From assembly GCA_024405635.1 (NCBI GenBank), contig JAKSOL010000003.1, positions 96,001 through 160,000 on the forward strand: a DNA stretch of 64,000 nucleotides. The letters are read 5' to 3'. The stretch is from Salinivirgaceae bacterium (GTDB lineage Bacteria > Bacteroidota > Bacteroidia > Bacteroidales > SZUA-534). Below the pieces are notes generated by a model, which was not told where the DNA came from, did no database searches, and saw only the letters and a list, made by a program, of their open reading frames with translations. Of this stretch, positions 63,934-64,000 are shown piece after piece (position 1 is the first letter of the stretch; every line of letters begins with the position of its first letter). A program made the position numbers and the translations under genes.

Positions 63934-64000
63934 TTTCTTTGTCGTTAAAAATGCACTCCTTGCGAGTTGTGCACCATGTTCCAAAGTAGCCAACTCCATT
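63926..64000 (-). CDS. Partial CDS (3' end), possibly a DUF4249-like lipoprotein
   Basis: The minus frame reads NGVGYFGTWCTTRKECIFNDKETN*. The GxGYF ending is suggestive only. Confidence 0.3.
   Translation of the reverse strand, partial: NGVGYFGTWCTTRKECIFNDKETN

Overview
Chromosomal window from a Bacteroidales-type anaerobe. The assignment rests on TAnnTTTG -7 promoters, T9SS porZ next to recO, a TonB-dependent receptor and lipoprotein-rich operons. The backbone is mostly housekeeping: carB, cdd, pepD, yjbQ, proS, a glycogen cluster with a GT3 synthase-phosphorylase fusion, tRNA-Asp, guaA, asnC, glyA, rlmI, mltF, rdgB, porZ and recO. Three accessory regions stand out. (1) At 15.5-18.2 kb, an AAA_14/DUF4143-type ATPase is preceded by a 33-bp tandem array and sits next to a degenerate ThiD-AraC fusion. 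(2) At 18.3-23.1 kb, a 4.8-kb islet is bounded by a duplicated copy of the proS terminator and carries integrase and IS21 istB fragments plus a foreign-looking GH2 gene. (3) At 45.4-49.2 kb, a defence islet after guaA holds a BcgI-like (Type IIB/IIG) restriction-modification pair. Its RM/S junction carries a complete candidate -1 ribosomal frameshift signal (SD, A AAT TTT, hairpin), and its 5' leader can fold into two mutually exclusive long RNA structures. A candidate leader-peptide attenuator precedes carB. All protein calls come from motif recognition only; no searches were run.
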